A stretch of 64,000 bases of DNA from Vicugna vicugna (Eukaryota), in NCBI GenBank assembly GCA_013265495.1, contig MU057719.1:994001-1058000 (forward strand). The letters are read 5' to 3'. The notes under the pieces were generated by a model. The model saw only the letters and a list, made by a program, of their open reading frames with translations, had not been told where the DNA came from and ran no database searches. Below, one piece after another: positions 61,840 through 64,000 of this stretch (position 1 is its first letter; every line of letters begins with the position of its first letter). Made by a program: the position numbers and the translations under genes.

Positions 61840-63760
61840 GCTGGTATCTCATTGTGGAAACTGATGAGCTAATTCGGAAAAGTCTGTAAGAATACAGAGG
61901 CCAAGAACACTCAGGACAGCCTGGAAGAGGACACGGCGGGGAACGTCACTGCCGGACGCTCAGACTGCCTGCAGAGCTACAGTAACCGGGCAGCGAGCAG
62001 TGGCCAAGGACAGACGCGCAGCAGCAGACGCAGGCGGAGCCCAGCCGGACTCCCGAAGGTGGGCGTCCAGGGCTTTTACAAGCTTGATGAAGGACTCAGA
62101 CGTAGAGCCCGCACCCCGTATCCTTCCATCTAAATCCAGTCCACGCAGACTCACACAGGGAGGCGTCTTATTTGTAACTAAGAGGCGCTGCAGAGCAGCG
62201 GGGAGGCTGCTTCTCAGCAAAAGGCCCGGGCCCCCTGGTAGCCATCGGGGAGAAGGTGTTCATTCTGACTCTTACCTCGCACCAGAAACGTGAATCAACT
62301 CCAGCTGGGTATTAGGTCTGAATGCGAAAGTTAAAAACAATAAAACTTCTAGTAGACACCATAGGAGTATATTTTCATGAGCTTGGAAGACGCAAAGATT
62401 TCTTAGAACACATACACTAACAATGCAGAAAAATTGATAAAGTGGGTCTTTTAAAATTAACTCTCCATCAAGTGACATTACTATGAGTATACGAAAGGCA
62501 GGCACGGAGAGAGGATAAACACTTGCTGTATATTTATCTGAAAAAAGACTCTTAAGATGTGTAGCTAACTCCCTTTCATTATTAAGAGAAAGATGCGTAA
62601 TCTATCAGAAAGCCGTCAAAGATTCGCACAAGCATTTCACAACGAAGGCAACCACGCGGGAGCGGACACGAGTAGGCTCCCCGCACCGTTACTTGGGAGG
62701 AAAACGCAGGTTAAAGCCACAGGGAGGCACCACCCCGCGCGCGCCGCAGTGGTGAAAACACAGCCCGTGACGCAGCGCGTGTCGGTGAGGACGCGGGGCC
62801 CTGGGATGCCCGACCGCGGCTGGGAGGGCAAACCTAAAGCCGCTTAGAGCAACGCCTGCGTAGCACCTCCTAACGGTGGACACACACCTGCTGTACGACC
62901 CAGCAGTTCCGCTCCCAGGTAAACACCAGACACACGCACACGTCTGTTCACCAAAAGCCTCCTTCCAGAATGTTCAGAGCAACGTAAGTTGATGTATCTC
63001 CAAATCAGAAACAACCCACAGACGTACCAGCAGGGGAATGGATAATCAAAATCGGTTATGATAGTTCAGTTCAGTTCAGTTTAGTGAAGTAAAAAGGTCC
63101 TTTTGGATGGACCTCGAGGACACTGTAGTCAAGCCAGTCCTTGCGGGGCAGGTTCTGGAGGACTCCACTCGGACGAGGGGCTGAGGGCAGCCGGAGTCAC
63201 AGAGACCAGGAGGGCGGCGGGGGCTGTGAAAGGAGGCAGCGCGGGGTCGGCATCGCAGAGGGAGCTCTCCGAGGGGGGACCGGGGACTCAGGCACACCCC
63301 AGCCTGGGTGGAATCTAGCCTTTTGACCTGATGAAGCCTCGGGAACATCGGCCAGAAACTGTGGCAGCCTAGCAACTTCTCCGACCCTCACCCTGAAACA
63401 GCTGTGATTCCTTAAGGACGGGAATTTCCTGCCTCCCGTTAAGGGCCGATCACAGTTCTACCCGGGCAACCTTCAACCTCCTCGTGGCTTTTTGTCTTTG
63501 TAAAGACGCTCTTTCAGGGTTACCCGAATCTGTCTCCCAAACTACAATTCTTAAGACCTCAGACAAGCTCCTTGCTTACTTGCAGCCCCCTGCACATGGG
63601 TTGATAGTGCCAGGGTCTGGGGCGGGAGCTAGTGTTCAGTGGGTGGAGTTTTGGTTTGGGAGGAGGAAGAAGTCCTGGAGACGCATGGAGGTGATAGCTG
63701 CAGAACCGTGAGTGTACTGACTGCACCGAACTCCACTCTTAAACGTGGATAAAGTGGCGA
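61840..63760 (+). mobile_element. Degraded LINE-1 3' region with a nested LTR-like insert (~63085-63606)
   Basis: L1 strings (aaaacttctagtagacaccataggag, gacccagcagttccgctcccaggta, ttcagtgggtggagttttggtttgggagga); the LTR-like segment ends ...caattcttaagacctcagacaagctc...gggttgata. Confidence 0.6.
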
Positions 63761-64000
63761 ATGTCACCTACACCCTAGTGCAACAAAAAGCAGTGAATAG
63801 GAGGAAGGGGCCACCGCTGCGTCCCAGGAGGGTGCAGGAGCAGGAGCCTGTGTGTTTTTCACCTCCATCTGCACTGCTCTAGTTGGGCACCTGAGCACAC
63901 AGTAGGCACTCAATAAACACCTGCTAAGATGTAGCGCTGGGAGCCGGTTCCAGAGGGAGGGCACCAGTGCAGCTCCGTCAGTGAGCTCCGAGGAATCCCA

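Noticed and set aside
1..64000. CRISPR arrays, operons or other prokaryotic systems; rRNA or snoRNA genes
   Set aside because: The sequence is spliced mammalian DNA; no repeat-spacer array or recognisable structural RNA gene was seen.

Overview
Mammalian, GC-rich genomic DNA from the Surfeit-cluster/ABO locus. It is probably camelid, judged from tRNA-derived SINEs that resemble Vic-1. Three protein-coding genes lie on the + strand in the known mammalian order. (1) The 3' part of MED22 (SURF5), with both the short ...SSRYK end and the long spliced end. (2) SURF6, starting at a CpG-island promoter; exons 1-3 are clean, but the last two exons appear fused out of frame. (3) An ABO-family GT6 glycosyltransferase with six well-supported coding exons (36774-49709) and a candidate first exon at 26852-26954; it has an intact catalytic core and Ala-Gly-Gly at human-equivalent 266-268. 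The rest is largely LINE-1, LTR, DNA-transposon and SINE remnants. The main observations are the SURF6 junction lesion (real or an assembly error), the divergent ABO N-terminus and exon 6, a candidate poison exon in ABO intron 4, a distant-branch-point acceptor for the MED22 long isoform, a 22-nt tailless SINE insertion with perfect TSDs, and GC-shifted tracts in old L1s. I found no convincing wholly novel multi-gene system. All gene and repeat names come from recalled sequences, not database searches.
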